A stretch of 64,000 nucleotides of DNA. Source: Macrostomum hystrix (taxonomy: Eukaryota; Animalia; Platyhelminthes). Of this stretch, positions 11,301 through 23,764 are shown in pieces. How positions within the stretch are numbered: the first letter of the stretch is position 1; every line of letters begins with the position of its first letter. The translations under genes and the position numbers were made by a program. Where the stretch lies: assembly GCA_950097015.1 (NCBI GenBank), contig CATNEN010000025.1:3968001-4032000 (forward strand), read 5' to 3'. The notes under the pieces were generated by a model that did not search any database, had not been told where the DNA came from, and saw only the letters and a list, made by a program, of their open reading frames with translations.

Positions 11301-14300
11301 GTTCGAGGTCCGGCCGGACGCAGTGGCTAAGGTTGCCACGCAGCAGGGTTTTGAAGCGCCATCGCTGGTACATGCACTGGCCCTGGACTGAACAGTCGGA
11401 CCAGCCGGACCAATCAGAGAACAGGCAGGTCTGATGAATGCAGCTGCGCTGGCAGGACTCTCGCACTGATGGCGGCTGGCCTAGACCCTCAAGGCAATCA
11501 CTGATTGGTCGAGCGTCCCAGCCAATGGTAAGACGCTTGGCGCAAGTCACGTCTGGTTAAAAATAATATTAAAGAAGATTTAAAATTTTGAGTCGACCCA
11601 CAACTTGGGAAGTTATAAGGCTATCTGTTGTGCATACTTCGAATCCTGACTCCGGAGCCGCATGGCCAGTTGGCAACGACCCGCGGTAGTACACAGTCCG
11701 ACCAGTCACCGATTCGCCATTCTAACGACGAATTCTCCTCGGATGTCGCAGCTGTAAGCAGAGCAGCTTCGACAAGGCTTGGCGGCTTGCCAGACTTGGC
11801 CAGGTCCAGCTGGTAGGGCGGGCACTTGGCCGGATTACAGGACTGATTTAGGAAGCGAATCACCAGGGGCCTCTCTGGAATGCCGCAGAATTTGCTGGAA
11901 ACTGTTGGCGTAGCAGTGAGACTAGGAAGAGATGAGACCGGGATCAGGAGATGGGACATTTGTTCAATCAATGAGACTCAGGAGAGATGAGCCAGGTGAG
12001 ATTAGACAAGTGAGATGAGACAGGTGAGATGAGACAGGTGAGATGAGACAGGTGAGATGAGACAGGTGAGATGAGACAGGTGGATGAGACAGGTGGGATG
12101 AGACAGGTGTGATAAGACAGGTGTGATGAGACAGGTGAGATGAGACAGGTGAGATGAGACAGGTGAGATGAGAAACGTGAGATGAGACAGGCGAGATGAG
12201 ACAGGTGAGATTAGACAGGTGGGATGAGACGGCTGCGGCCTGTAGAAAAGTCCGCATCGGTAACGTGCAATTTTTCAGCGAAAATGCTAACCAAAGCCCT
12301 CTATCTCGAGCCTCTCATAGGACTCAAATCTGCAGCCGCCAGCGGGGTCGCACAGCTCTGGGCACAGCCGAATCTGTGATGGCGGCTGCAGATTAACGGC
12401 GCATCTGCGGATTTAAATTAGAATTGTTTTTCAAATCGCATCTCGGCGACTTGCTCTACTCATAGTAGGAAAATTTGATTGTCTTCATATTGGCAGTCTC
12501 ACAGTGTTAGGTTGCCGCCCTGACAAGTCAGCTGCCTCTTCTGCGTCCTGCGTCCAACGCACGGCGGCCAGGGCTCAGCCAGCCAGTGAAACACTGAACA
12601 GCTGATCGGAACCTCGCCACAGACTCTCGTGTCCATCAGGTTGGTTGGGCAGGGCTGGCCGTCTTAGTGTGAGTTATGAAGGGTGCTGAATTTTGCACCA
12701 GAAGATACCCCAGTCCGAGGTTATTGCATCAGAAGATACCCCAGTCCCAGGTTATTGCATCGGAAGATACCCCAGTCCCGGTTGTTGCAACGGAAGATAC
12801 CCCAGTCCCAGGTTGTTGCATCGGAAGACACCCTAGTCCCAGATTATTGGATCGGAAGATACCCCAGTCCAGGTTATTGCATCGGAAGATACCCCAGTCC
12901 AGGTTGTTGCATCGGAAGATACCCCAGTCCCAGGTTGTTGCATCGGAAGACACCCTAGTCCCAGATTATTGGATCGGAAGATACCCCAGTCCCAGGTTAC
13001 TGCATCGGAAGATACCCCAGTCCCAGGTTACTGCATCGGAAGACACCCCAGTCCCAGGTTACTGCATCGGAAGACACCCCAGTCCCAGGTTACTGCATCG
13101 GAAGACACCCCAGTCCCAGGTTACTGCATCGGAAGACACCCCAGTCCCAGGTTACTGCATCGGAAGACACCCCAGTCCCAGGTTGTTGCATCGGAAGACA
13201 CCCCAGTCCCAGGTTACTGCATCGGAAGACACCCCAGTCCCAGGTTACTGCATCGGAAGACACCCCAGTCCCAGGTTGTTGCATCGGAAGACACCCCAGT
13301 CCCAGGTTACTGCATCGGAAGACACCCCAGTCCCAGGTTACTGCATCGGAAGACACCCCAGTCCCAGGTTACTGCATCGGAAGACACCCCAGTCCCAGGT
13401 TACTGCATCGGAAGACACCCCAGTCCCAGGTTACTGCATCGGAAGACACCCCAGTCCCAGGTTACTGCATCGGAAGACACCACAGTCCCAGGTTACTGCA
13501 TCGGAAGACACCCCAGTCCCAGGTTGTTGCATCGGAAGATACCCCAGTCCCAGGTTACTGCATCGGAAGACACCCCAGTCCCAGGTTACTGCATCGGAAG
13601 ACACCCCAGTCCCAGGTTACTGCATCGGAAGACACCCCAGTCCCAGGTTACTGCATCGGAAGACACCCCAGTCCCAGGTTACTGCATCGGAAGACACCCC
13701 AGTCCCAGGTTACTGCATCGGAAGACACCCCAGTCCCAGGTTGTTGCATCGGAAGACACCCCAGTCCCAGGTTACTGCATCGGAAGACACCCCAGTCCCA
13801 GGTTGTTGCATCGGAAGACACCCCAGTCCCAGGTTACTGCATCGGAAGACACCCCAGTCCCAGGTTGTTGCATCGGAAGACACCCCAGTCCCAGGTTGTT
13901 GCATCGGAAGACACCCCAGTCCCAGGTTACTGCATCGGAAGACACCCCAGTCCCAGGTTACTGCATCGGAAGACACCCCAGTCCCAGGTTGTTGCATCGG
14001 AAGACACCCCAGTCCCAGGTTACTGCATCGGAAGACACCCCAGTCCCAGGTTGTTGCATCGGAAGACACCCCAGTCCCAGGTTACTGCATCGGAAGACAC
14101 CCCAGTCCCAGGTTGTTGCATCGGAAGACACCCCAGTCCCAGGTTACTGCATCGGAAGACACCCCAGTCCCAGGTTACTGCATCGGAAGACACCCCAGTC
14201 CCAGGTTGTTGCATCGGAAGACACCCCAGTCCCAGGTTACTGCATCGGAAGACACCCCAGTCCCAGGTTACTGCATCGGAAGACACCCCAGTCCCAGGTT

Positions 14301-16922
14301 ACTGCATCGGAAGACACCCCAGTCCCAGGTTACTGCATCGGAAGACACCCCAGTCCCAGGTTACTGCATCGGAAGACACCCCAGTCCCAGGTTACTGCAT
14401 CGGAAGACACCCCAGTCCCAGGTTACTGCATCGGAAGACACCCCAGTCCCAGGTTACTGCATCGGAAGACACCCCAGTCCCAGGTTACTGCATCGGAAGA
14501 CACCACAGTCCCAGGTTACTGCATCGGAAGACACCCCAGTCCCAGGTTACTGCATCGGAAGACACCCCAGTCCCAGGTTACTGCATCGGAAGACACCCCA
14601 GTCCCAGGTTGTTGCATCGGAAGACACCCCAGTCCCAGGTTGTTGCATCGGAAGACACCCCAGTCCCAGGTTACTGCATCGTAAGACACCCCAGTCCCAG
14701 GTTACTGCATCGGAAGACACCCCAGTCCCAGGTTACTGCATCGGAAGACACCCCAGTCCCAGGTTACTGCATCGGAAGACACCCCAGTCCCAGGTTACTG
14801 CATCGGAAGACACCCCAGTCCCAGGTTACTGCATCGGAAGACACCCCAGTCCCAGGTTACTGAATCGGAAGACACCCCAGTCCCAGGTTACTGCATCAGA
14901 ACAAACTCAAGTGACACTGAGCTATTCTGGAACTCACCTCGCCCAGGGTGAGCCAAAATCCGACGCCACCTGGTGGCAAATGCCTCTAGGCCGCATGTGC
15001 GAGAGCACGGACTCCAGGCCGACCATTCGGACACGACGCAGTCTCCAGGGCAGGGTTTGATGCACGAGACCGCCTCCAATGGCTTCAGGTAGTCTGGTAT
15101 ATAGGCGCAGTCGCTCGGATCGGTAGCCGTCTGAAAATGAAAAGCAGAATAGGTTAGCGGAATATGCCTGACAAAAAATCTATTCTCGAACTATATACTC
15201 GTATATATATTTATTTATGCCACCTTAAAAAGGAGCCCAAAGTCAAGGTGCAGCAACGCACCTGTAACAAATTATCAACGCACGTCCTGTTTCGTTTAGT
15301 CGTTCCAGGCCCGCAGTCGCCACTGCTAGGACGACAGGTCTCCCACGGATTCTCGTTGCTGACCCGCCACACCTGACACTGGGGAACCCGGCATATCTGG
15401 CCCTCCTCCAGGTGGGGACAGGTGTCTCCGTCCAAATTAGCGTTCGGCTCAAGCAGTTGACGTGTGCGCTTAGAGATGCCCTCTGAAAAATGCGGTGCCA
15501 GCTAAGTGCATTATCATCAAGGTCATGCGGATTGCATGCATCAGCTGAGCAGAACTCACCAACAATGACCACGGGCTCTTTTGTGCAACCACCGCCAGCG
15601 CAGGGACTCCACTTCGACCATTCCGACAGTTGACATGAATCGGCAAGCACCGCTTTCGTCGGGCAGGCCACTGTGCAGTCTTCGGCCAGCGTTGACGGCC
15701 GCTCTTCACCGGCGCACAGCCGCAGATCAACTGGCGGGCGGCTGAAAGCAGAGCAGTCGGCACAGTAGACGGCCCGGCGTCGATGTCCACGTCCACAGGA
15801 GCCTGGAACGCTCGACTGGCAGGCCGACCAGGGCGTGGTCAGCCAGCAATATCGTTTGCGCGGGTCAGCGCCATCCGGACATTCGGCAGCCGAGCTCGGC
15901 TCAGACTGGAAGTCGCGAAGCGCAGCAGCAGCCGCAGTCGCCGCAGGATCGTCCGGGCCGAGTCGGTAAGCCAGACGGTGTCTAAAGCGAGTTGCCTGCC
16001 CGTCCCCGCTGTTACAACGCGTGGTCCACGGCGTCCATTCGAACAGCCACTGCGGCCGCAGTTGGCAGGGACGCGTCTCAAGCGATGCCTCCGTCAGGTT
16101 GCAGTCAGCAGCCGGTGCGGGCCTGCCCTGCTGGCCGAGGCACTCGACAGATCTGCTTTGGAAGCCGACGAAGCCGGCGCCGGTGTTGATTGACGACTTC
16201 GAAACTGGCGGCGGCTGGCAAGCACTCCACGTCGAGTAGCGGGTGGTGAAGCGAGGCAGCTGAGCAGCGCATTGCTCGACGTCGGCTAGCGGCCCCGGTC
16301 GCGATTCGGACAGCGCTGGACAAGGTCGGCCGCCGGACGTGGTAGCGCGTTGAACCGCTCTGGTTCGGTACTGCAACTGGCTGTAGCAGTGCGTTGCGGA
16401 CCAGTCGCTCCAGGCGCCCACAACACAGCCGATTGGACAGTCGGGTAGGTGGCAGGTCCGCTCCTGCAGCGGTGGTGCGCCAGCGGCGTGGCAGGCGGTT
16501 TGGTCGGCGATCGGGTCGCCGCGGAACAGGCAGAGTACCCGACGTCGCTGCCGCCCTACGCAGTGGCCGAGGCCGGCGGTGTCGGACTGGCGCTCCGGCA
16601 CCGGTTGGCAAGGACCCCATGCATCAACCAGCCACTGGAGTAGCGTCTCGTCTTTGAAGCAGACTCGGAAGCAGTCCTGACGTATGACGTGGGAGTTTTT
16701 GTGCTTTCAAAGTGAGAATAATTTGCAAGATTTTAGGCCGCAAATGTTTCAGCGCCTGACCTGCTCCGAGGCGGGCACGTAGCCGTAGGTTGCGTAGCAC
16801 GTGTCGGCTCGCTGGCGACCCAGTAGACACTCGACTGTGCGCTCGCGTCGACCGCCGGGACCGCAGCCGTGCAGCCGCTTGCACGGACCCCACTCGCCTG
16901 TGGTCCAGGTGGGGGGTCTCTG
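2391..16922 (-). CDS. THSD7A: Thrombospondin type-1 domain-containing protein 7A/7B-like (multi-TSP1, single TM); signal-peptide exon not located
   Basis: Phase-consistent GT-AG exons read by hand: 16761-16922, 15560-16676, 15262-15482, 14938-15130, 12503-12662, 12292-12404, ~11638-11921 (5' edge uncertain), 10416-11552, 9563-9913, 8898-9202, 8727-8826, 8083-8283, 3680-3982, 3156-3258, 2391-2757. Many alternating WSxWSxC/WxxC TSP1 repeats. The juxtamembrane segment (REVWCQNESGELAEGGC...CHPPCSVRFAYCNQLGRCQC) matches the THSD7 layout, followed by TM MWIIPVFVATGLFLLAVVVALVLIC and a cytoplasmic tail. 7A versus 7B is not resolvable. Confidence 0.85.
2783..3060. repeat. (GGGAT)n pentanucleotide microsatellite in the last THSD7 intron
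   Basis: Direct. Confidence 0.95.
3305..3600. repeat. 34-bp minisatellite (ggaatcttccataaactatactttaaagacagtt), ~8 copies
   Basis: Direct; consecutive units start at 3341 and 3375. Confidence 0.9.
4150..4189 (-). ncRNA. Minimal type I hammerhead ribozyme, copy sense to the PLE ORF
   Basis: Reverse complement of 5112-5151, within the left inverted arm. Confidence 0.8.
4345..5025 (-). pseudogene. PLE RT-thumb plus GIY-YIG endonuclease fragment
   Basis: Part of ORF 4288..5058. The first ~11 aa derive from the inverted arm. A PLE-like ending (GASRQLNVF*) lies in another frame near 4345-4375, suggesting a frameshift. Confidence 0.8.
5112..5151 (+). ncRNA. Minimal type I hammerhead ribozyme (PLE-associated)
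   Basis: tgcc-CTGAAGA-t-gacc(gattgt)ggtc-GAAA-tgca-TT-ggca: stem I ugcc/ggca, core CUGANGA, stem II gacc/gguc, GAAA, palindromic AUGCAU stem III, predicted cleavage after AUU. Confidence 0.8.
5730..7600. repeat. 24-bp minisatellite (gcagagctgtcacatcccactgat and variants), ~78 copies, intronic
   Basis: Direct; source of the 8-aa-periodic ORFs on both strands. Confidence 0.95.
8345..8700. repeat. Degenerate ~17-bp minisatellite (tctacggtcaattctaa)
   Basis: Direct; fills the intron between THSD7 exons 8727 and 8283. Confidence 0.85.
9990..10230 (-). pseudogene. Possible degenerate hAT-like transposase C-terminal relic
   Basis: YEFWSAYVEIGYKELTERDL loosely resembles the hAT dimerisation motif EFW...YPEL...AL.ILLP; frameshifted. 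Confidence 0.25.
11975..12230. repeat. 14-bp minisatellite (gagatgagacaggt)
   Basis: Direct; sits within or next to a THSD7 exon (see findings). Confidence 0.9.
12700..14897. repeat. 31-bp minisatellite (gcatcggaagacaccccagtcccaggttact), ~70 copies, intronic
   Basis: Direct; lies between THSD7 exons 14938 and 12662. Confidence 0.95.
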
Positions 16923-18944
16923 CTGTAGCATGATTAGTTCTCTAATGTGCTGCATGCTTTGAAGGGTTACTTTTGAAAATCGCAATTTCTACTTAGTGGA
17001 GGAGCAGTATGCGAACTCGGGACCTTGTTGCGAGAATCGGTCGCGTCACCGATCTGCCACTTTGTTCTTCCTGGGTGCGGAATTTCTACTCAAAGGGTCT
17101 GGAGTGTGGTGTCGACTAACACTCACGATGAAATTTATGTTAATCTCGATTTTCGTGTCTTATGGTAAAAGACAAAAATTTTCAACAAACCCGTCGCGTC
17201 TTTTAGCACAAGACATTAATAGTTAATGAGATGGGAGGAATTGTCCGCCTGGTCTGCTTCTAAATTGCTGTGCGGATCGTAAACAAAATAATTAGGTTTG
17301 GGATTTTTTATTGACTACAATTGGAATAAACGTAAGATCCCCTTTGAAAGTTATTGCCGTCTGAAGCTAATGCACCCTCGTAATTTTTCTAGCCGCTAGA
17401 TGAAAGCTGGCAAAAGTTCAATAGACGAAAATTGTACATTTTTCTGTTTTTTTCTGCTATGTACAGCACGGAACATTTCGCCTCGGGTATTCGTCCACTT
17501 TTTGCAGCCTAAAAGAGAGAAAAAATTTTCTCCTCAACATGTCGAGTTCTGCCTGGCTGCACAAACTTTCCGTGGGGAAAAATTGTCCGCTTGGGTTCAA
17601 CGGGCCGGGGCATAATAATAATGGCAGCGGAGGCCAGCAGAGGTCAGAACAAGTGGAAGATGCGGCGGCGACCGCCACCCGTTCGAACAAGCCGCCCTCG
17701 AAAGAATCAATGATTGAGGAAATGGGACTCAGCTCCTCGGGCTCTCCCCTCACTACAGCTGGCTATATCCACTGAACAAGGTCCCTTGGGTGGCCTTTCT
17801 CCGAGGGTGGATGGGAGAGAGGACTGGACTCACCACTCTACATCCCCTCTAACATCGTCGTCAACCAGCAGCCCCTCCCGACATCGCTGATGTGATATGT
17901 TGTGTGAGAACGGCACGTAGACCCTTATATACGATAAATGGCCACCAACCAACCCCCGTGGGGACACCTGCCGCCTGAGCATGTGCCTATCGAATACGGC
18001 CGATGCAACCCCCCACCCACCCACCCCCAGAACATCCCCGAGTTGAAAGAACGAAGACCATGGCGAGGTCAGGGCGATTAGCCTAACTGAATTATGGGAG
18101 CGAGACGAAAGGGACATGGGCACAGCACGCCAGGCGAGATACAATCAAGCAATATGGCCTACAAGAGTTCCTCGCAGAGACACAAACCCCTGGTGCAGAT
18201 GGAGTTATGCCAGCCAAGAAGAGCGTTGCAACACGATCGAATCGAAACTTCTGCAACTGCTGTCAGTCTCACACTAACCCAACCTCACTGTCCCTATCTA
18301 ATATTGTTGTTTGCTAATCTCTATCTCACCATCTACCTTCTGAACAACCTTCTGAACTAATTCTCACCATCTGAACTTCTATCAATTTCACCCTCTTTCA
18401 GTTTCATCTCACCCTCTCAGTCTTCATCTCACCCTCTCAGTCTCCATCTCACCCTCTCAGTCTCCATCTCACCCTCTCAGTTCATAGCAAAAACTTTAAA
18501 CCAAAAAAGAGTGAGTAAGATCTGGTACTTAACTCAACTTAATATACAGTGGCCCAATAAGTTCACTTTTGGCAAGTGATTATTAAGAAGGCCACCTGAA
18601 TTCTTTCACCTCTCAGTGTGCACTAGACATTTCTGAACAAAAAAATTGCAGATTAGTTTGGAAATAATTTATTACTAACCTGGCTTAAGTGCACAGCTAC
18701 CCACAATGTGCTGCCAGCACACACACACACACCCACACACAAGCTAGCCCTCTTCGTCTCCAAATCTCATGCTTCCATTTATTGAACGGCAATGAAGATG
18801 TTTGCGCTGGGAGAAATAGATTTTTGCTACCGCTATACTCAAACTGTGCTCCAAACTGTACAGTGGCGGCAATGCTTTCCATTTTATTTCTGTCTATGAT
18901 TGAATTGTGCTTTGCTCATAGACAGGACGGTGGACAGGAGGCAG

Positions 18945-20350
18945 TAGATAGCAGGCGGTAGATAGTAGGCAATAGTCAGTAGGTAATTGGCAGTAGGTAA
19001 TAGAAGTAGGCAGTAGGTAGGAGGCAATAGATAGGAGGTGGTAGATAGGTAGAAGTAGATAGGAGCTGGTAGATAGGTGGTAGATAGGTAGAAGTAGATA
19101 GGAGCTGGTAGATAGGAGGTGGTAGATAGGAGCTGGTAGATAGGAGGTGTTAGATAGGAGGTGTTAGATAGAAGGTGTAAGATAGGAGGTGGTAGATAGG
19201 AGGTGTAAGATAGGAGGTGTTAGATAGGAGGTGTAAGATAGGAGGTGGTAGATAGGAGGTGTTAGATAGGAGGCGGTAGATAGGAGATGTTAGATAGGAG
19301 GTGTTAGATAGGAGGTGTAAGATAGGAGGGGGTAGATAGGAGATGTTAGATAGGAGGTGTTAGATAGGAGGTGTTAGATAGGAGGCGGTAGATAGGAGGC
19401 GGTAGATAGGAGGTGGTAGATAGGAGGTGGTAGATAGTAGGTGTTAGATAGGAGGTGTAAGATAGGAGGCGGTAGATAGGAGGTGTTAGATTGGAGGCGG
19501 TAGATAGGAGGTGGTAGATAGTAGGTGTTAGATAGGAGGTGTAAGATAGGAGGCGGTAGATAGGAGGTGTTAGATAGGAGGCGGTAGATAGTAGGTGTTA
19601 GATAGGAGGTGGTAGATAGGCGGCAGTAGATAGGAGGCGGTAGATAGGAGGTGGTAGATAGGAGGTGTTAGATAGGAGGTGTAAGATAGGAGGCGGTAGA
19701 TAGGAGGTGTTAGATAGGAGGCGGTAGATAGGAGATGTTAGATAGGAGGTGTTAGATAGGAGGTGTAAGATAGGAGGGGGTAGATAGGAGATGTTAGATA
19801 GGAGGTGTTAGATAGGAGGTGTTAGATAGGAGGCGGTAGATAGGAGGCGGTAGATAGGAGGTGGTAGATAGGAGGTGGTAGATAGTAGGTGTTAGATAGG
19901 AGGTGTAAGATAGGAGGCGGTAGATAGGAGGTGTTAGATTGGAGGCGGTAGATAGGAGGTGGTAGATAGTAGGTGTTAGATAGGAGGTGTAAGATAGGAG
20001 GCGGTAGATAGGAGGTGTTAGATAGGAGGCGGTAGATAGTAGGTGTTAGATAGGAGGTGGTAGATAGGCGGCAGTAGATAGGAGGCGGTAGATAGGAGGT
20101 GGTAGATAGGAGGTGGTAGATAGGAGGTGGTAGATAGGAGGTGGTAGATAGGAGGTGTTAGATAGGAGGCGGTAGATAGTAGGTGTTAGATAGGAGGTGG
20201 TAGATAGGCGGCAGTAGATAGGAGGCGGTAGATAGGAGGTGGTAGATAGGAGGTGGTAGATAGGAGGTGGTAGATAGGAGGTGGTAGATAGGAGGTGGTA
20301 GATAGAAGAAGGCGGTAGATTGGAGATAGTAGATAGGTGGCAGTAGACAG
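18945..20350. repeat. 14-bp G-rich minisatellite (gataggaggtgtta/gataggaggtggta)
   Basis: Direct; contains an internal 448-bp duplication. Confidence 0.95.
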
Positions 20351-20934
20351 GAGACAGTAAATTAGACTATAGTCATTTTGAGCTGTCATTTTAAAATAAG
20401 AGTTCAATGAGCAGTGGGGGCCCAGCTTTGAGAAGCGTGAGAAGCATGAGGCAGGTGAGAACTGGAGAGTAGTGTGAGCAATAGTCGATATTGATTGTTG
20501 GCTCGGCCTGTCAGTTTAGCGCCTAGTTACTAATTAACCGTGGCCCTAAAAAGACCTTGAAATTTTGACATGTCGAGTTGGCTGCACTGCTCTATTTACT
20601 GGCTATTCGAGTTGGTCATATTTTTGCCCTGTCCAGTTTCGATTTTTTTCGCCAAAGAAATATGGCCCATAGCTCTGCTTAACAAGGAAACATGTGTTGC
20701 AAAAAAATTCTATCCCTTTGCGGGCCGGAGCTTCGAAATCTGGTTTAAAGTATCCGTGGGTCTGTTTCATTTCTCACTCGTTGTATTCGATCCGCAGTTT
20801 GGAACACATTGTGTATGAATGACACTCCCCTCTGTTCGATAAATGGATTTTTGCCTTCTTCCCGAAAGACAAGGGACGGAACCGAGAGTTTGAGTTATTT
20901 CATCACTGGAGAGTGAGTTCGTGAGTACATCAAT

Positions 20935-21330
20935 GAGTCCATTAGTGAGTTCATGAATGAGTTCTTTGAGTGAGTTCATGAGTTGATGAGTGAGTTCATG
21001 AGTTGATGAGTGAGTTCATGAGTTGATGAGTGAGTTCATGAGTTGATGAGTGAATTCATGAGTTGATGAGTGAGTTCATGTGTTGATGAGTGAGTTCATG
21101 AATAAGTTCATAAGTGAGTTCATAAATTGATGAGTGAGTTCATGAGTTTATGATTGCGTTCATGAATGAGTTCATGAGTGATTTCCTAAATGAGTTGATG
21201 AGTGAGTTCATGAGTTGATGAGTGAGTTCATGAGTTGATGAGTGAGTTCATGAGTTGATGAGTGAGTTCATGAATGAGTTCATGATTGAGTTCTTGAGTG
21301 AGTTCATGAGTTGATGAGTGACTTCATGAG
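20935..21330. repeat. 20-bp minisatellite (gagtgagttcatgagttgat)
   Basis: Direct. Confidence 0.9.
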
Positions 21331-22407
21331 ACATTTCATGAACCGATAGGAAAGTGAGTAAGTGAGAAGGCTAGTTACGAGTTTCAATTCAAAGGGGTCG
21401 GTGGCAGAGCGGTTATCTCGTAGTGCGCTAGTAACATTGATTTTGAAAAGACTTCAGTGATTCTGCTCAACGATTGTGAGCAGTGTTCCTCTCGCTTTGA
21501 GTTCAAGCGATTCCAATCTTCCTTCAGACTCCGCTGCCGGTAATTAAAGTTTTTATGAAGGCCGACTGGCAGACAAGCCAGGGTGCTCAGCGAGCTGGCA
21601 AAGTGGCACAAACTTCCAGCTACTAATGCGCTTCATCTTGAGAATTTCTTAGAAGGGAGGGGGGCAGCTTCTCTGGCAGTCTCAAATTGCTTCCCGGCAG
21701 TGAGCTCAAATACATGACTCACTTACACAACAAAAGCTTAAGAGAGCCGGCAGTGCTGCTTCAAAACAATTTACCTTCTGTTCTATTTGGACTCAGAGAG
21801 CCATAGCCTCTAGGCTATAGGGAGGGGTCCATCGCTGAGTGCCCACTCGAAATCACGCAGAGAATAACTTATGCTGGCTAATCGAGTTCAACTTCCATAG
21901 AAGTTCCCAAAACTCTAGACCACCGATATTCTACGAGTATATTACCTAGATATGACACCCGAGCATTCGCTAATGTATTCAGCTGCCGTCTTCAAAGCAG
22001 GGGTTTAGACCACAGAACAAGTTGCAAGTTGCATTTATAATATCGCTATATTTCGCTCCTTGCTTTTCTTCGAATTCAAGAGCAGCAGAAGCTATAGTCT
22101 ATGGTCCTAACCTAGGGGTTTTCGCGCTGCGGCTTAAAATTGCTGGAGTGACATCTAGGTTATAAAATCTGTGCTTTCAATGTGAGGGTTGGGCTATAGA
22201 CAAAATATGCCATTAGGTCTCATATATCCTTTTTGCATCCAAATAAGCACTGCGAGCACTCAATTTAAAACCACGTGGCAGAACGCATGCGCTGCAGTCG
22301 CTGCTGCCTCATGTCTGTGGCCAAAAGTGTGGTGAAGGAGCAGCCAATTTAACACTCGGGGCACCAATTTCGTCCTTTTGATTTGCGCTGCTTAACATCT
22401 CGCTGCC

Positions 22408-22913
22408 ATGAGCGTTCAGGAGCTTCTATCTGATGACGAATCAAGCTGCCAAAGCTACGAAAGTGCTCCAAATGAACAGGGAGATGGACTGCGCCGAGGA
22501 CCGTACGTTAGAATAAGCGATGAGCGGTACAACCTCGTTGTGGATGCTTTAGAAATAGGCGAGCGACCGGCTAAATGATACTGGACCGGTATTTGAAATA
22601 CGCCCCGGTCGTCTTTCTTCTGTTAACCTCATCATTTTCTATAGATTGCTTTGTTCTAAACATTTCTCGGTGATTTTTTCATTCAAGGATCGTACCAATG
22701 CTCCAGACAGGCGCTGCGCTGAGGTTTCTAGTGTCCAACCAGCGGACGAGTTCCTCCGACGCGTCGGACAGCATAGGGCCGGTACTAGTCGATCTCGGAC
22801 AGTCCGGCCGGACAGTTGGCGCGAGCAGCCAGCAGCTGACTAGGCAAAATATTAGCCTGGGAGCCTTTGCAGACAAGTCAGGCATGGGATTTCGGGAAGG
22901 GCTGCAAAAATAA
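22408..22913 (+). CDS. Putative two-exon orphan gene, ~106 aa
   Basis: gccATG at 22408. Exon 1 22408-22502 ends in phase 2 at CC|gtacgt; exon 2 starts 22688 after ttttttcattcaag and joins ORF 22698..22913 in frame. AATAAA follows the stop. No homology recognised. Confidence 0.45.
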
Positions 22914-23764
22914 TAAAGAATTGATAAAACTGGAGAAGAAGACTTCAACGGGTTCGAACCGGGAGTGAGTTGGGAGCTTTTATCGGCGAAGAAGAAATTG
23001 AAGAGTAAAGACTCGTAGAGAATCAACTGATGGGCGTTTGGGATTTGCCGCTGAAGGTGTCGGCTCCGAGAGGCGAGGAGAGGGGGAGAGGGAGGGAGGT
23101 GGCTGAGCGAGTAGGATGAAAGCTACTCGAGCGGAGAGCGGGCCGTGCGGTCCCCGGGAGGTTTAATGGAGTTTTAATTGGCCAAGAACCTCCCGGCGCT
23201 GCTGCCGGCAACAACTACGACGATAGAAACTGTGAATGAGGGTGGGGTGGGGGATAAGAGGGCTCGCAAGAAGAGAGATGGCAGGAGGAACGAGTTGGAG
23301 AATGGCGAAAATGCGTGGGAGAATGAATGCCGAAAAGACGGCTGCGGCGAGAAATCTGAGAAAGTGGGTGACGAGAGAGAGAGAGCTGAGGACCCGGGAG
23401 CAAATCCAAGTCGGAGCCATGAATAAATCAGCTCAAAGAATCTTTCGCTCCCACCCCGTTGCTCAAGGGGAGGGGTAGGCTGGAAATGGGAGATGCACCC
23501 ACTCTCAAATCCCAATCGCTTGTTCCCATCCTCTCTCTCTCATCTTACCCCATTTTGCTTCTGTTCCACATCTGCGCATTCCTTGTGCCTTGGGGCGCAT
23601 TCTTATCCCTTGTCCGAGGAATTGTATTCTCTGACCACAATCCTGGCTTAATAGGCGAAAGTATATCCCAGGATTTAATAGGCACATGCTGGGCTAACTG
23701 AACTCGACTCAACAGGCCTTTCTCTGTGGAGCGGTTGAAATTAAGGGCATTTTAGCCTCATGCA

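Noticed and set aside
12676-15060. 794-aa, 571-aa and 332-aa plus-strand ORFs
   Set aside because: Produced by an intronic 31-bp array whose unit lacks stops on this strand; antisense to a well-supported gene.
17539-17775. 78-aa plus-strand ORF, or the missing THSD7 signal-peptide exon on the minus strand
   Set aside because: No homology, splice support or signal peptide could be established in either orientation.
22430-22445. Hammerhead core CTGATGA...GAA
   Set aside because: No stem II between the core halves; lies in a putative coding exon.
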